Origin: Bdellovibrionales bacterium
Lineage (GTDB): Bacteria > Bdellovibrionota > UBA1018 > CAIMNF01
Assembly: GCA_040380025.1 (NCBI GenBank)
Contig: JBEIJY010000009.1
Span: 1-64,000, forward strand
Length of the DNA: 64,000 nucleotides
Direction of reading: 5' to 3'
Shown: positions 29,367 through 39,155 of the stretch, piece by piece
Numbering within the stretch: position 1 is the first letter of the stretch
Layout of the letters: every line of letters starts with the position of its first letter
The notes under the pieces: model-generated
The model's database searches: none
The model's input: only the letters and a program-made list of their open reading frames with translations
Told to the model about the DNA's origin: nothing
Translations under genes and position numbers: made by a program

Positions 29367-29998
29367 CCCAGAACAAAATCGTACTGATCGTGGATGACGA
29401 GGAACCGATCCGAAAGCTCCTGAGAGCCCGCTTCGAGCGCGAAGGCCTGAACGTCTTGACGGCAAGCCATGCCGGCGAGGCGCTCGAGATCCTGCTCCAC
29501 ACACCGGATCTCGCGCTTCTGGTCACCGACGTGAAGATGCCCGGGAAAGACGGGCTCGCGCTCACGGCAGAGGCGAAGGAGTTCTTACCGGATCTGAAGG
29601 TGATCGTGATGACCGGACACGGAGAAAAATCGACGGCGATCTCGGCGCTCCGGCTCGGAGCCTGCGACTACCTCGAGAAGCCCTTCGACATGGAAGAAAT
29701 GACGCATTCAGTGAACCGCGCGATCAAGGAATCGCGGCTGGAGAATCGGGCGGAAGTCCTCGATGACCGGAGTTCCGACTGGAACAACTCGGAGCCGACA
29801 TCGAGCTACACCTTGCTGAAAAAGAAATGGTCGGAATCGTTCGAGAAGGAATACCTGACGAAGGTCTTGATCCGCCACCAAGGCAACGTGACCGCCGCCG
29901 CAAAGGAGGCCTGCGTGGACCGGAGCAATTTTTTGCGGCTCCTTCGCCGGCACCAGATCGATGCGGCTCACTACCGGATGACGAAGAAAGCGGCCTGA
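29363..29998 (+). CDS. Response regulator (REC + Fis-type HTH)
   Basis: IVDDE, TDVKMP, KPF; C-terminal FEKEYL...GNVTAAAK..VDRSNF. Confidence 0.9.
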   Translation: MTQNKIVLIVDDEEPIRKLLRARFEREGLNVLTASHAGEALEILLHTPDLALLVTDVKMPGKDGLALTAEAKEFLPDLKVIVMTGHGEKSTAISALRLGACDYLEKPFDMEEMTHSVNRAIKESRLENRAEVLDDRSSDWNNSEPTSSYTLLKKKWSESFEKEYLTKVLIRHQGNVTAAAKEACVDRSNFLRLLRRHQIDAAHYRMTKKAA

Positions 29999-30010
29999 GG
30001 ATCCAAATCC

Positions 30011-31471
30011 TTATTTTCGGATCTTGATCTGATGAACCTTGATCGTGTTCGTAGTGCCGCGTCCGAGACTCGGAACCCCCGCTGTCACCACGATCAGATC
30101 TTCATCATCCGCGCGGTGGTTCTCGACCAGAACGCGCGAGACCATCCCGAACAAATCATCGGTTGCGACGAGCTCGGGGATCAGCACCCCGTTCACGCCC
30201 CAAACAAAAGAGAGCTTCCGGAGCGAGGCCTCGTTGTCCATGATCGCCACGATCGGGGTTTCGGGACGGTATTTGGCAAGGGTTCTCGCTGCGGTTCCCG
30301 AATGGGTCAGGCATGCGATCGCAACTGCTCCGACATGAGACGCGATCCGCGACGCACTGAATTCGATCGACTCGACGATCGATCCCGAAACAGGAATCAG
30401 ATTCGCATGAACCGAGTATTTTCCCTCACTCTCGGCCTCACGGATGATCCGTGCCATGGTCTCGACCGCCTCGACCGGATACTCGCCCGATGCGGACTCG
30501 GCCGACAGCATCACGGCATCGGTCCCGTCGAACACGGCATTCGCGACATCCGACGCTTCGGCACGCGTCGGGGTCGGACACGAGATCATGCTCTCGAGCA
30601 TCTGGGTTGCGGTGATCACCGGCACCCCGAGCTCGTTCGACATGCGGATCAGCATTTTTTGAATGATCGGCACCTTCTCGGCACCGAGCTCGACGGCCAT
30701 GTCTCCGCGGGCGATCAGGATGCCATCGGTCACCTCGAGAATTCCCTCGGGGGCGTATACGGCCTCTTCCCGCTCGATCTTCGCGACGATGAGCGGATTG
30801 TGATTGCTGTTCTTGCGAATCCGGTCACGGACAACCTGGATGTCCTGCGGCGTGCGCACGAAAGAAAGCGCGACCGAATCGACGCCGAGATCAAGCCCGA
30901 GCTTCAGATCGTGAAGATCCTTCTCGGTGACACAAGGAAGAGACAAGGGAGTCCCGGGCAGATTCATTCCCTTGTTCGAGGTGAGCTTTCCGCCCACCGA
31001 AACCGTCACGACCATCTCGGGCGCATGGACTTCCTTCACCTCGCTCGAAAGTTTTCCGTCATCGAACAAGATCCGGGAGCCTTTTCGCACGTCCTTCGAC
31101 AGGGGTTCGGCGATCTCGGCCGAAATCGGAATCGCAATCCGTCCGGTCAAGGAGGAGCGGGGTGTGGTTCCCTCGGGGTACAAAAGCACCTCATCTCCGG
31201 CGCGCAGAACGATCCCGCCCGCCTGGAGTTTTCCGACCCGGAGCTTGGGGCCCTGAAGATCCTGGAGCACGCCCACATGCTTTCCGGCATTCTTCGCGGC
31301 CGCGCGCACGGACTGGAACAGCGCCCGATGGACCTCGTGGGTCCCGTGGCTGAAGTTCAACCGGGCGGTATCGAGCCCGGCGCGGACCAGTTTTTCGATT
31401 TTTTCGGGGGTGTTGCTCGAAGGCCCGAGCGTGCAGACGATTTTAACTTTTCTTCGCGATGAGTTGAGCAT
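30011..31471 (-). CDS. pyk: Pyruvate kinase
   Basis: KIVCTLGP, RLNFSHG, DLQGPK, ARGD, ATQMLESM, PTRAEASD. Confidence 0.97.
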   Translation of the reverse strand: MLNSSRRKVKIVCTLGPSSNTPEKIEKLVRAGLDTARLNFSHGTHEVHRALFQSVRAAAKNAGKHVGVLQDLQGPKLRVGKLQAGGIVLRAGDEVLLYPEGTTPRSSLTGRIAIPISAEIAEPLSKDVRKGSRILFDDGKLSSEVKEVHAPEMVVTVSVGGKLTSNKGMNLPGTPLSLPCVTEKDLHDLKLGLDLGVDSVALSFVRTPQDIQVVRDRIRKNSNHNPLIVAKIEREEAVYAPEGILEVTDGILIARGDMAVELGAEKVPIIQKMLIRMSNELGVPVITATQMLESMISCPTPTRAEASDVANAVFDGTDAVMLSAESASGEYPVEAVETMARIIREAESEGKYSVHANLIPVSGSIVESIEFSASRIASHVGAVAIACLTHSGTAARTLAKYRPETPIVAIMDNEASLRKLSFVWGVNGVLIPELVATDDLFGMVSRVLVENHRADDEDLIVVTAGVPSLGRGTTNTIKVHQIKIRK

Positions 31472-33134
31472 TGGTGCGTTTCATCTTATCAAGCTCTCCC
31501 TCATAATGCTCGACCAAAAACCGTTCTTTTTCCCGATGGGAAAGCTCCTGCTGGCGCACCCGGTATTCGGCACTCCGGTCCTTCTCTTCCACCATTCGCC
31601 GGGCGGTCCGCTCCTGCTCCTGGAGCTTCCGCTCGCTCTCGGTCTTCTGATTGGCAAGCTCCCGCGCGTGCTCATCCTGCAAAATCGACATCCGGCGGTC
31701 ATACTCGCGCCGCTGATCCTGGAACCGCATGAACCACTCCCGGTCCCGGGCCCGCGATGCGGAATCGGCCTCGACCAAGGCCAGATCCTTCGCCTCAGTC
31801 AACGAATCCCGTTGCTCCTCGAGTGCGATCTTGCTTCGTTTTTGCTGATCGGTCATGGCGCGGTTTCCGGCATTTCCGAGCCGGAGCAAGGCGTCCCGGG
31901 CGCGGGACTCGAGCGCGTCCGCGCGGGCATCCTCCTGCGCCTTCAAGTCCAAAAAGGCATCGGCCATGCCGCGCTTCTGGAGGTCATTCTCGCGCTTGAA
32001 TTCACGGGTCAGGGAGCGAGTTTCTTCGCCGTGTTTTTCGGCAATTTCTCTTCGCTCCTCGTGGTCCCGGGCGCGGGTCGCCTCGAGATTCCTGCGGTTG
32101 CTCTCGCTCATCTTCTGCTCGGCCTCGTGATGGCGCGCAAGCTCCTGCGTGCGGATCGAATTGACCACCGCAGGCGAGACCTTCCGGGCATCCTGAGTGG
32201 TGCTCAAGTCGCGGATGATCCGCTCCCGCGCATCGATCTCGGAATTCACGCGTTTCGCGTTCGACTGGATGTAATTCACATAGGCGCGGTCTTTTTCGCC
32301 CAAGGCCTTCTCGGTGTCTTCGCGATTCAGGCGCACGAGCTGATCCTGGCTCCGGGCCGCGTGCGCGCGCTCCCGCTTGAGCTCATCGCGGACCAGCGCC
32401 TCGGTCACCCCCGCCTCTTTTTTGATCTTCTGCGCCTCTTGCTTGAACTCGCTCTTTTGCCCGTCGAGCATCTTCTTGGTGCGCGCATCGGCCTCGATCT
32501 CCGAATCCAGGAGCTTCCGCGCGTACAACTCCTCGCCCTGCCGCTCCTTCTCCTTCCGCTTCTCGATCATTTTTTCATAAGAACCCACGAGGTTCCGCTT
32601 CTCGGTCTGATGCTCTTCTTCGTACCCGGCGATCGCCTCCTGGCGCGCACGGGCGCGCTCGGATTCGACATCGCGGGCCTCGTTGCGGTACATCGAAAGC
32701 TCCTGCCGGAGCGGACGAGTCTCTTCGTCGTTCGAGCGCCGCTGGGCATTCAGGGCCCCCTCCAGGCGGTCGGCGTTCTCACGGGCCAAAGATTCAAATC
32801 GGTCCTCGGCATGCTTCTGGATCCGCTCCACCTTCCGGGTGGCATCGCGATCGATTTCTTCGCGATACCGGGCAAGCTCCGCATTCCGCTCGTGATCGGT
32901 CTCGAGCTCCTTCGTTGCGCGGCGGCCGTTCGAGTCGTAGAGCTCTTCTTTCAGCTTCCGGACCTCCTCGCGCGCACTCTCCCGCTCCTCGCGAAGATCG
33001 CCCGAGTGTTCTTCCTTCAGCTCTTTCATTTCTTTTTCGTGCTTTTCACGGGTCTCCGCGAGCTCGGCTTCGTAGGAGTCCCTCACGCGCTGAAGGGAAT
33101 TCGAATAAGAGGCGGAATCCGACACCGTCGACAT
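31443..33134 (-). CDS. Long charged coiled-coil protein of unknown function
   Basis: 563 aa rich in E/R/K/A, predicted all-helical, co-oriented with mpl and pyk. Confidence 0.8.
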   Translation of the reverse strand: MSTVSDSASYSNSLQRVRDSYEAELAETREKHEKEMKELKEEHSGDLREERESAREEVRKLKEELYDSNGRRATKELETDHERNAELARYREEIDRDATRKVERIQKHAEDRFESLARENADRLEGALNAQRRSNDEETRPLRQELSMYRNEARDVESERARARQEAIAGYEEEHQTEKRNLVGSYEKMIEKRKEKERQGEELYARKLLDSEIEADARTKKMLDGQKSEFKQEAQKIKKEAGVTEALVRDELKRERAHAARSQDQLVRLNREDTEKALGEKDRAYVNYIQSNAKRVNSEIDARERIIRDLSTTQDARKVSPAVVNSIRTQELARHHEAEQKMSESNRRNLEATRARDHEERREIAEKHGEETRSLTREFKRENDLQKRGMADAFLDLKAQEDARADALESRARDALLRLGNAGNRAMTDQQKRSKIALEEQRDSLTEAKDLALVEADSASRARDREWFMRFQDQRREYDRRMSILQDEHARELANQKTESERKLQEQERTARRMVEEKDRSAEYRVRQQELSHREKERFLVEHYEGELDKMKRTNAQLIAKKS

Positions 33135-33202
33135 CTTGGTACAGGATAACCGGACACACAGGATTCAAAAACGGGCAATCTTTGCCGTCACCGCAGAGGC
33201 CG

Positions 33203-34639
33203 TCACCGCAGGGCATCGAGGAGCTTCGGGATGAACCCGCCGAATCCGCCGTTCGAGAGTACGGCGATCACGTCTCCCGGCCTTGAGGACTGTGCCACGC
33301 GTTTGACGCCCTCTTCGACCGTCTCAAAAAACGCGGCGTTCTTGCCATGCGCGACCAGATCGCACACCAGATCCGCACTCGAGAACTGGTCCTCGGGCGC
33401 GATCTTGCTTTGATCGAAGGCCACTGCGATGTGGATCTCATCGGCCTCGTCGAAGGCGCGAGCGTATTCGTTCTGGAACACCTTCCGCCGGGAGGTGGCC
33501 GACCGGGGCTCAAAAACCGCCACCAACCGCCGGCCGCTGTACTTTGCGGCAAGAGCCCCCAGCGTCTCGCGAACGGCCGTGGGATGATGGGCGAAGTCGT
33601 CGATCACGAGCACACCTCTCACCTCACCCCGCTCTTCCTGCCTGCGCTTGATGCCGCCAAAGCTCGCAAGACCGTTCCTGATTTGGTCCGCCGAGAGCCC
33701 GAGTTCCCGGCACTCGATGTACACGGCTAGCGCATTCAAGGCGTTATGCTCGCCCGGAAGCGAGATCCTCACCCGATCGATCTTCGTCCCGCGCACGAGC
33801 ACATCGAATTCGGCGCCCGCTTCCGAAACGATGAGCGAAGAAAACGTGTACTCGGCCCCGTCAGAGGCGTTCCGGGAATAAGTGATCACCGGCACCTTCG
33901 CCTCGCGAATCAGCTCGCGGACATTCGCGGTCTCGATGCAGGCGATCAGGCGGCCCCCGGGACGGATTCTTGAAATGAGGCCGGCAAACGCGCGTTTTAC
34001 GGCCGCAAGATCGGCATAAATGTCGGCGTGATCGAACTCAACCGAGGTCAGGATCACATCGTCCGGAAGATAATGATTGAACTTGGGCACCTTGTCCCAG
34101 AAGGCGGTGTCGTATTCGTCGCCTTCAAGCACAAAACAGCCCTTCGCTGCACCGACATGAAAACTGTGCGGCAGGCTTTGCGAAACCCCGCCGATGAAAT
34201 ACGAGGGATCACGGCCAGCAGATCGGAGCACATGAGCCAGAAGACTCGAGGTGGTCGTCTTGCCGTGCGTGCCCGCCACGACGAGATTCCGGGTTTCAGG
34301 AAGAAGATGCCGCTCCATGAACTCCGGGAGGGAGACGTACTCATCGCCCCTTTGCTCAAACGCCTGCATCTCGGGGTTGCCCTTGCTGATCACATTCCCG
34401 ACCACGACGAGGTCGGGCTTTCCGCCGATGCGATCGAGATTCGCGGGATCATACGGCGAGAACAACTCGATTCCCGCCTCCCGGAGAACATCGCTCATCG
34501 GAGGATAGACATTCTGGTCACTCCCCGTGACCCGTATGCCGGACCGGCGCAAAAACGCCGCGAATGCGCCCATCAGCGTGCCGCAGACTCCCAGGATGTG
34601 AACGTGCTTGAACCCGGACAAACCGGATGCGTGATTCAT
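33203..34639 (-). CDS. mpl: Murein peptide ligase (UDP-MurNAc:L-Ala-gamma-D-Glu-mDAP ligase)
   Basis: HILGVCGTLMG, GSDQNVYPPMS, AGTHGKTTT, EGDEYDTAFWDK, DDFAHHPTA. Confidence 0.93.
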   Translation of the reverse strand: MNHASGLSGFKHVHILGVCGTLMGAFAAFLRRSGIRVTGSDQNVYPPMSDVLREAGIELFSPYDPANLDRIGGKPDLVVVGNVISKGNPEMQAFEQRGDEYVSLPEFMERHLLPETRNLVVAGTHGKTTTSSLLAHVLRSAGRDPSYFIGGVSQSLPHSFHVGAAKGCFVLEGDEYDTAFWDKVPKFNHYLPDDVILTSVEFDHADIYADLAAVKRAFAGLISRIRPGGRLIACIETANVRELIREAKVPVITYSRNASDGAEYTFSSLIVSEAGAEFDVLVRGTKIDRVRISLPGEHNALNALAVYIECRELGLSADQIRNGLASFGGIKRRQEERGEVRGVLVIDDFAHHPTAVRETLGALAAKYSGRRLVAVFEPRSATSRRKVFQNEYARAFDEADEIHIAVAFDQSKIAPEDQFSSADLVCDLVAHGKNAAFFETVEEGVKRVAQSSRPGDVIAVLSNGGFGGFIPKLLDALR

Positions 34640-34661
34640 GGGGCTCATTGTGAAAGAGAAT

Positions 34662-35462
34662 TCACCTGATGCCAACCACAAAAGCGATCCAGGCGTGGGC
34701 GTTGTCGCCCACCTCGGTGCGCACGTACTCATCGGTGCCCTCGCCGTCGGGACCCGGATCTTCCCAGTACACGATCGTTTCCTTGAATCCGGCATCGATC
34801 ATCACCTCGCGGATCTCGGGGATATTCCACACCCGCCAGTCATAGGTGAAGCAATCCCGGTGCATCCGTCCGTGGCGATCCTTGAAATGGATCGCGTACA
34901 TTCCGTGCTGGGAGATCGGATCAAAGGACTTTTGGTCCCAGTAATAGACAAATCGTCCCAGGCCGGAAACCGTGTAGGTTCTTTGCTCGCGCGCCTTGAC
35001 CGTGAAGCCCGGCCCTCCTGCCATCTCGAGCACGAAAATGCCGTCCTTGGTCAGGGATTCCAGCGCCGCCTTGAAGTAGCGCTTCAGCTGGTCGCGGGTC
35101 TTGAAGATATAGAACGAGAAATTCCCGGCACCGATCAGATCGGATTTCTGCTTCTTTGGAATGCTCACATCCTCGCGCAAAAGCTTCACCCGTTTTCGCT
35201 CGGAGGGAGAAAGCTTCCGGAACCCGTTATGAAGTCCGTAATCGAGGGGTTCGGGATCGAGGTCGATTCCGAGCGCGGTCCTCTCGGGAAGCGACTTGAC
35301 CCATTCGCAGGAAATCAGAAACGTTCCGCAAAAATCCTCGCGAAGCGAGAGCGCCCGCCGGCCGCGCAGATCGAGGAACATCCGGTCGAAGATCCGCACA
35401 TGCTCCTCGGGGGTCTGAACGGAGTTCTCGTAGTGCTTGTACTTGTCGAATCCGCGCTTCAT
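34662..35462 (-). CDS. Class I SAM-dependent methyltransferase
   Basis: Y..SVQ.P, LREDFCGT, GIDLD, F.YDWR.W. Confidence 0.8.
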   Translation of the reverse strand: MKRGFDKYKHYENSVQTPEEHVRIFDRMFLDLRGRRALSLREDFCGTFLISCEWVKSLPERTALGIDLDPEPLDYGLHNGFRKLSPSERKRVKLLREDVSIPKKQKSDLIGAGNFSFYIFKTRDQLKRYFKAALESLTKDGIFVLEMAGGPGFTVKAREQRTYTVSGLGRFVYYWDQKSFDPISQHGMYAIHFKDRHGRMHRDCFTYDWRVWNIPEIREVMIDAGFKETIVYWEDPGPDGEGTDEYVRTEVGDNAHAWIAFVVGIR

Positions 35463-35947
35463 CAGGAATTCCCCCGTTTCACCTTGAGCGAGAGCGTCAG
35501 CAAGAATTCCGCCACCGGCTCGGTCCCGAACTTCGAAGGAACGGTCGCCGTCACCGGCACCGGAACCTCCACGCGCTCGCCGGTCTCTTCGGCCTTTTGA
35601 ACTGCGGCCGCGATCTCGCGTCCGACCGTGCAGGTAAAAAAGGTCTCGCCCTCGGCGCGCTTCAAGAATTTCGCCGTGAAATCCTTGAAGATCAGGGAGC
35701 TGTTTTTTGTTTTCCGCTCGCGAAAAAGCTTGGCCGCGATGAGGCCCCCGGCCGCATCCGCCCCGATGCAAAGTGCACCGAAGTACATGGACCCGAGGTG
35801 GTTCCGGTTTTTTCGGCGAAACGGGATCGAAACGACACAGGATTCGTCGGTGAGAGAGACCACCTTCGGGCCCGCAGCGAACAAGAGGGGAATTTTGGCA
35901 ATCGAAAACGCCCTGAGAAACAGGGTCTCTTTGAGAGAAAATGACAT
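35462..35947 (-). CDS. Hot-dog fold thioesterase-like protein (DUF4442-like)
   Basis: RNHLGSMYFGAL..GAD, FLKRAEG. Confidence 0.8.
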   Translation of the reverse strand: MSFSLKETLFLRAFSIAKIPLLFAAGPKVVSLTDESCVVSIPFRRKNRNHLGSMYFGALCIGADAAGGLIAAKLFRERKTKNSSLIFKDFTAKFLKRAEGETFFTCTVGREIAAAVQKAEETGERVEVPVPVTATVPSKFGTEPVAEFLLTLSLKVKRGNS

Positions 35948-36009
35948 GCAAAAAACCATAGCGGAAGGAAACCTTCCGCGCCATGCCTTAGTTCATCCTG
36001 GGTTCGACC

Positions 36010-36807
36010 TCAGTTCAAGCGGCAATCCGGAAGAGCGCCTTTCGCGCGCAAGGCTTCGTACGCCGGAAGATGTTCCGGAATGTGAGCATTCAGATTCGAG
36101 ATGCGCGTGGTGCCCGACGGGTGGGTCGACATCCATTCCGGCGGTCCCTTCCCGCCGGAAGCCGCCATCATGTTGTTCCAGAGATCGACACTCTGGCGCG
36201 GATCGAATCCGGCCTTGGACATCAGATCCAGCCCGATCAGATCGGCCTCGCTCTCTTGGGTGCGGCTGAAGGGCAGAAGCGCCCCGAACTGAACCCCCAC
36301 GCCGAGAGCCCCGAGAATCATCCGCTTGTTGTTCTCTTCCATTTTGCCCAAGGCAAGCTGGGTCGACCCCAAGACCAGCGCCGCAAGCTGACCCTGCGAG
36401 ACCCGCTCATTGCCGTGACGGGCGATCACATGCCCCACCTCGTGCCCCAGAACGGCCGCAAGCTGATCGGGGGTTTTTGCAACCGGAAGAATCCCGGTAT
36501 GCACCCCGATTTTTCCGCCAGGGAGTGCGAACGCGTTGGCAGAGGGCTCCCGGAACACCACGACTTCCCACGAAGGAACTTCGAACTTCCCCTTCACGGC
36601 ATCGGTGATGGGACGGGTGATGCACTGAACGTAGGCGTTGATCTTCGGGTCGCGTTCAATCGGAACTTTCTGCTTCATCTCCTCGAACGACTGTGCGCCC
36701 AAGGAGTTCATCTGGGAGTCGCCCAGCATGACAATTTGCCTCCGTCCAAGAGGTGAGGTCGCACACGCCACCAAAACCAGGGCAATCAAAAGCGAAAGGG
36801 ATCTCAT
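36010..36807 (-). CDS. M48 family zinc metallopeptidase lipoprotein
   Basis: Lipobox LVAC, NAFALPGG, HEVGH, ESEAD, STHP. Confidence 0.93.
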   Translation of the reverse strand: MRSLSLLIALVLVACATSPLGRRQIVMLGDSQMNSLGAQSFEEMKQKVPIERDPKINAYVQCITRPITDAVKGKFEVPSWEVVVFREPSANAFALPGGKIGVHTGILPVAKTPDQLAAVLGHEVGHVIARHGNERVSQGQLAALVLGSTQLALGKMEENNKRMILGALGVGVQFGALLPFSRTQESEADLIGLDLMSKAGFDPRQSVDLWNNMMAASGGKGPPEWMSTHPSGTTRISNLNAHIPEHLPAYEALRAKGALPDCRLN

Positions 36808-37895
36808 CGTCTGACCTCCTCATGAAACATCATTCGAAGCCTGCGGATGCGGTCATCGGTCCGGACCGGATGAACGCGGTTGGTAAGCAAAATCGCATAA
36901 TCCCCGGAGTCGAGATCCATCCAAAGGGAGGTTCCGGTGAATCCCAAGTGACCGATGGAACTTCGTGAGAACGCGAATCCTGTCGACCCTGTTCCGTCAC
37001 GCGCCGGCGCATCGAACCCGCGGGCGCGGACGACTCCGCTCGAATCCGCAATCGTTTGCGAGAACAGACCCAGGGTTCTCATCGAAACCCACTCTTCCCG
37101 GAACAGCGCCTCCATCCAAGCCTGCACGTCGCGAAGCCTTCCGAATAGCCCTGCGTGCCCGGCCACACCTCCGCGCGACCAGGCATTGTCGTCATGGACT
37201 TCTCCCTGAAGAAATCCCCTCCAAGGGCAAACCTCGGTCGCAAGGACCTCTTCGGACGAATCGCGCCTTTCGGCCCCGACGGGCCGATACTGAAGCCTGA
37301 GCCCCGGAACTTCCGAAAACAGCGAATTCGCATCCGAAAGAAGATCCTTCGAGAGAATTCGTTCGAGCAGAAGGAATCCGAGATCGGAATAAATCACTTT
37401 CTCGCCGGGGGCACATTCCGGCACGACCACATCGACCAGCGAATCGAAGTGGGCCCGGCGTACCGACGGAGGCACCAAGCGGAGGGCATCGCCGAAGCGA
37501 TCGCGCATGGCCTGATAGAACGGCCTCCAAGCCGGAAGCCCCGAAGTATGAGTCAGGAGGCCGGCAAGAGAGATGGTGGCCGCTTTCGGGTTCTCGCGCA
37601 CATATCCGGGCAACAGACGTGAAAGGCGGTCCTCCAAAAGAACCTCTCCCCGCTCCACCCGCACCATGGCAAGAAGCGTGGTCGAGAGAATCTTCGTCAG
37701 CGAGGCGAGATCAAAGAACGAATCGGGACCCGTGGGAGACGCACCGGACTCATGCGAATGAAAGCCAAGGTAAATTTCGCGCGGAGAGACACCGTCTCGG
37801 ATCTCGTCGATTCTGCCGTACGAGGCCGCCATTCCCGATCCGATTCGTTGATCGAGCGCGGACTGCAAAAGACGCCTGATCCGGAGGTCTTTCAT
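36804..37895 (-). CDS. Serine hydrolase, beta-lactamase family
   Basis: FDLASLTK (SxxK), LLTHTSG, YSDLGF, GHAGLF, GHLGFTG. Confidence 0.9.
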   Translation of the reverse strand: MKDLRIRRLLQSALDQRIGSGMAASYGRIDEIRDGVSPREIYLGFHSHESGASPTGPDSFFDLASLTKILSTTLLAMVRVERGEVLLEDRLSRLLPGYVRENPKAATISLAGLLTHTSGLPAWRPFYQAMRDRFGDALRLVPPSVRRAHFDSLVDVVVPECAPGEKVIYSDLGFLLLERILSKDLLSDANSLFSEVPGLRLQYRPVGAERRDSSEEVLATEVCPWRGFLQGEVHDDNAWSRGGVAGHAGLFGRLRDVQAWMEALFREEWVSMRTLGLFSQTIADSSGVVRARGFDAPARDGTGSTGFAFSRSSIGHLGFTGTSLWMDLDSGDYAILLTNRVHPVRTDDRIRRLRMMFHEEVRR

Positions 37896-39149
37896 CTAGA
37901 TGACCCAGGTCTCGCTTGCGATGGCACGCCCCGAGCGGAAGCGTTCTCCCGAAAGTTCGGTGAGGTCGAGGGTCTCATAGCGATTCTTCACGATCCGCTC
38001 GGCCAAGGCGATGCCAACCGCATAGCTCTGCATGGCACCATGTCCCGAAAAAGAATGGGCCTCGAAAACAGAGTCGGAGCCGGGAACCGCGGCACCGATG
38101 ATGGCGTGATGATCGGGCGAGTTTTCATAAAGTCCGGCCCATCCGCTCACATGACGGAGGCTCTCGAAAGCCGTCGATCGCTCGTAGAGCGCGGGCCAGA
38201 TGTGCTCCTCGAAGAACGCATCGGCATCGTAATGAAAATTGAAGCCCTCTTTTTCATTCCGGTTCGCAAATCCCGAAAGCCCGTAGATCGACTCGGGGTG
38301 GAAGTACACTCCACTCGGATCGATGATCATGCCATAGGGAGTAAGATCCAGATCCCGCGCATGAAAGAGCGAAATCTGCCGCCGCATCGGCGCCGAGGGG
38401 CACTCGTAGCCGAGGATTCCGGCAAGCTTCGGAGCCCAGGCCCCGGCCGCATTCACCACCTTTTCGCACTCGATCTCGATCCACTCTCCGGGAATTCCCG
38501 AAAAAGCCTCGGACGAGGCCGGATTTTCTTGCAGAATCCTTCGTTTTTCTTCGCTCTTCAAAAGCTCCGAGAACCGAAAGGCGCGGATCTTCCATTTGCC
38601 GCCTGCACCGCCGTTCGAGCCGGTCACGAACACGCCATCCAGAAACCTCGCTCCGCGCGCCGACGCTTCTTCGCGAAAGTGTTCCTTCAGACGATTCGGA
38701 TTCACGAGGCCGTCCTTCACGCCAAAGAGCGCACCGGCAAGGTCATCGACCTTGTCGATCACGGGAAAGCGCTCGCGAATTCCCTTCTGATCGAACACAT
38801 CGACCTGCCAGCCATGCGAGACATGCATCTCGCGCGCCTTCAGGGCCGTCTCGAAGGTCCCGGGCCGGTGGAGCCAGAGATAGCCGCAATCGCGATACCC
38901 CACCGCTTCGGCCACGGTCTGAAAGTATTCGATCGAGAACTTGGATGCGAGGAGGTTCACTTTTTGCGACCAGGTCGCGCGGACCCCGCCGGCGTTCAGC
39001 TCACTGCTGCTCCATTCGCCCGAGAGATCAAGATCGACGGTCGTGACAGCGGACACACCGAGGCGCGAAAGCCCCATTGCGATCGCACTTCCGATCAGGC
39101 CGCCACCGATCACCAAAATGTCTGTTTTTTGCGCTTTCAAATCCGGCAT
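37896..39149 (-). CDS. FAD-dependent oxidoreductase (DAO/sarcosine oxidase beta-like)
   Basis: IGGGLIG, VNAAGAW, WAGLYE..PDH, FSGHG. Confidence 0.88.
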   Translation of the reverse strand: MPDLKAQKTDILVIGGGLIGSAIAMGLSRLGVSAVTTVDLDLSGEWSSSELNAGGVRATWSQKVNLLASKFSIEYFQTVAEAVGYRDCGYLWLHRPGTFETALKAREMHVSHGWQVDVFDQKGIRERFPVIDKVDDLAGALFGVKDGLVNPNRLKEHFREEASARGARFLDGVFVTGSNGGAGGKWKIRAFRFSELLKSEEKRRILQENPASSEAFSGIPGEWIEIECEKVVNAAGAWAPKLAGILGYECPSAPMRRQISLFHARDLDLTPYGMIIDPSGVYFHPESIYGLSGFANRNEKEGFNFHYDADAFFEEHIWPALYERSTAFESLRHVSGWAGLYENSPDHHAIIGAAVPGSDSVFEAHSFSGHGAMQSYAVGIALAERIVKNRYETLDLTELSGERFRSGRAIASETWVI

Positions 39150-39155
39150 GGGTCA

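Noticed and set aside
31410..33149. 579-aa Leu-rich plus-strand ORF
   Set aside because: Antisense mirror of the Glu/Lys/Arg-rich coiled-coil gene; its hydrophobicity is a codon artefact
33184..33211. 13-bp direct repeat GCCGTCACCGCAG at the mpl stop
   Set aside because: Two copies only; likely a local duplication, not an array
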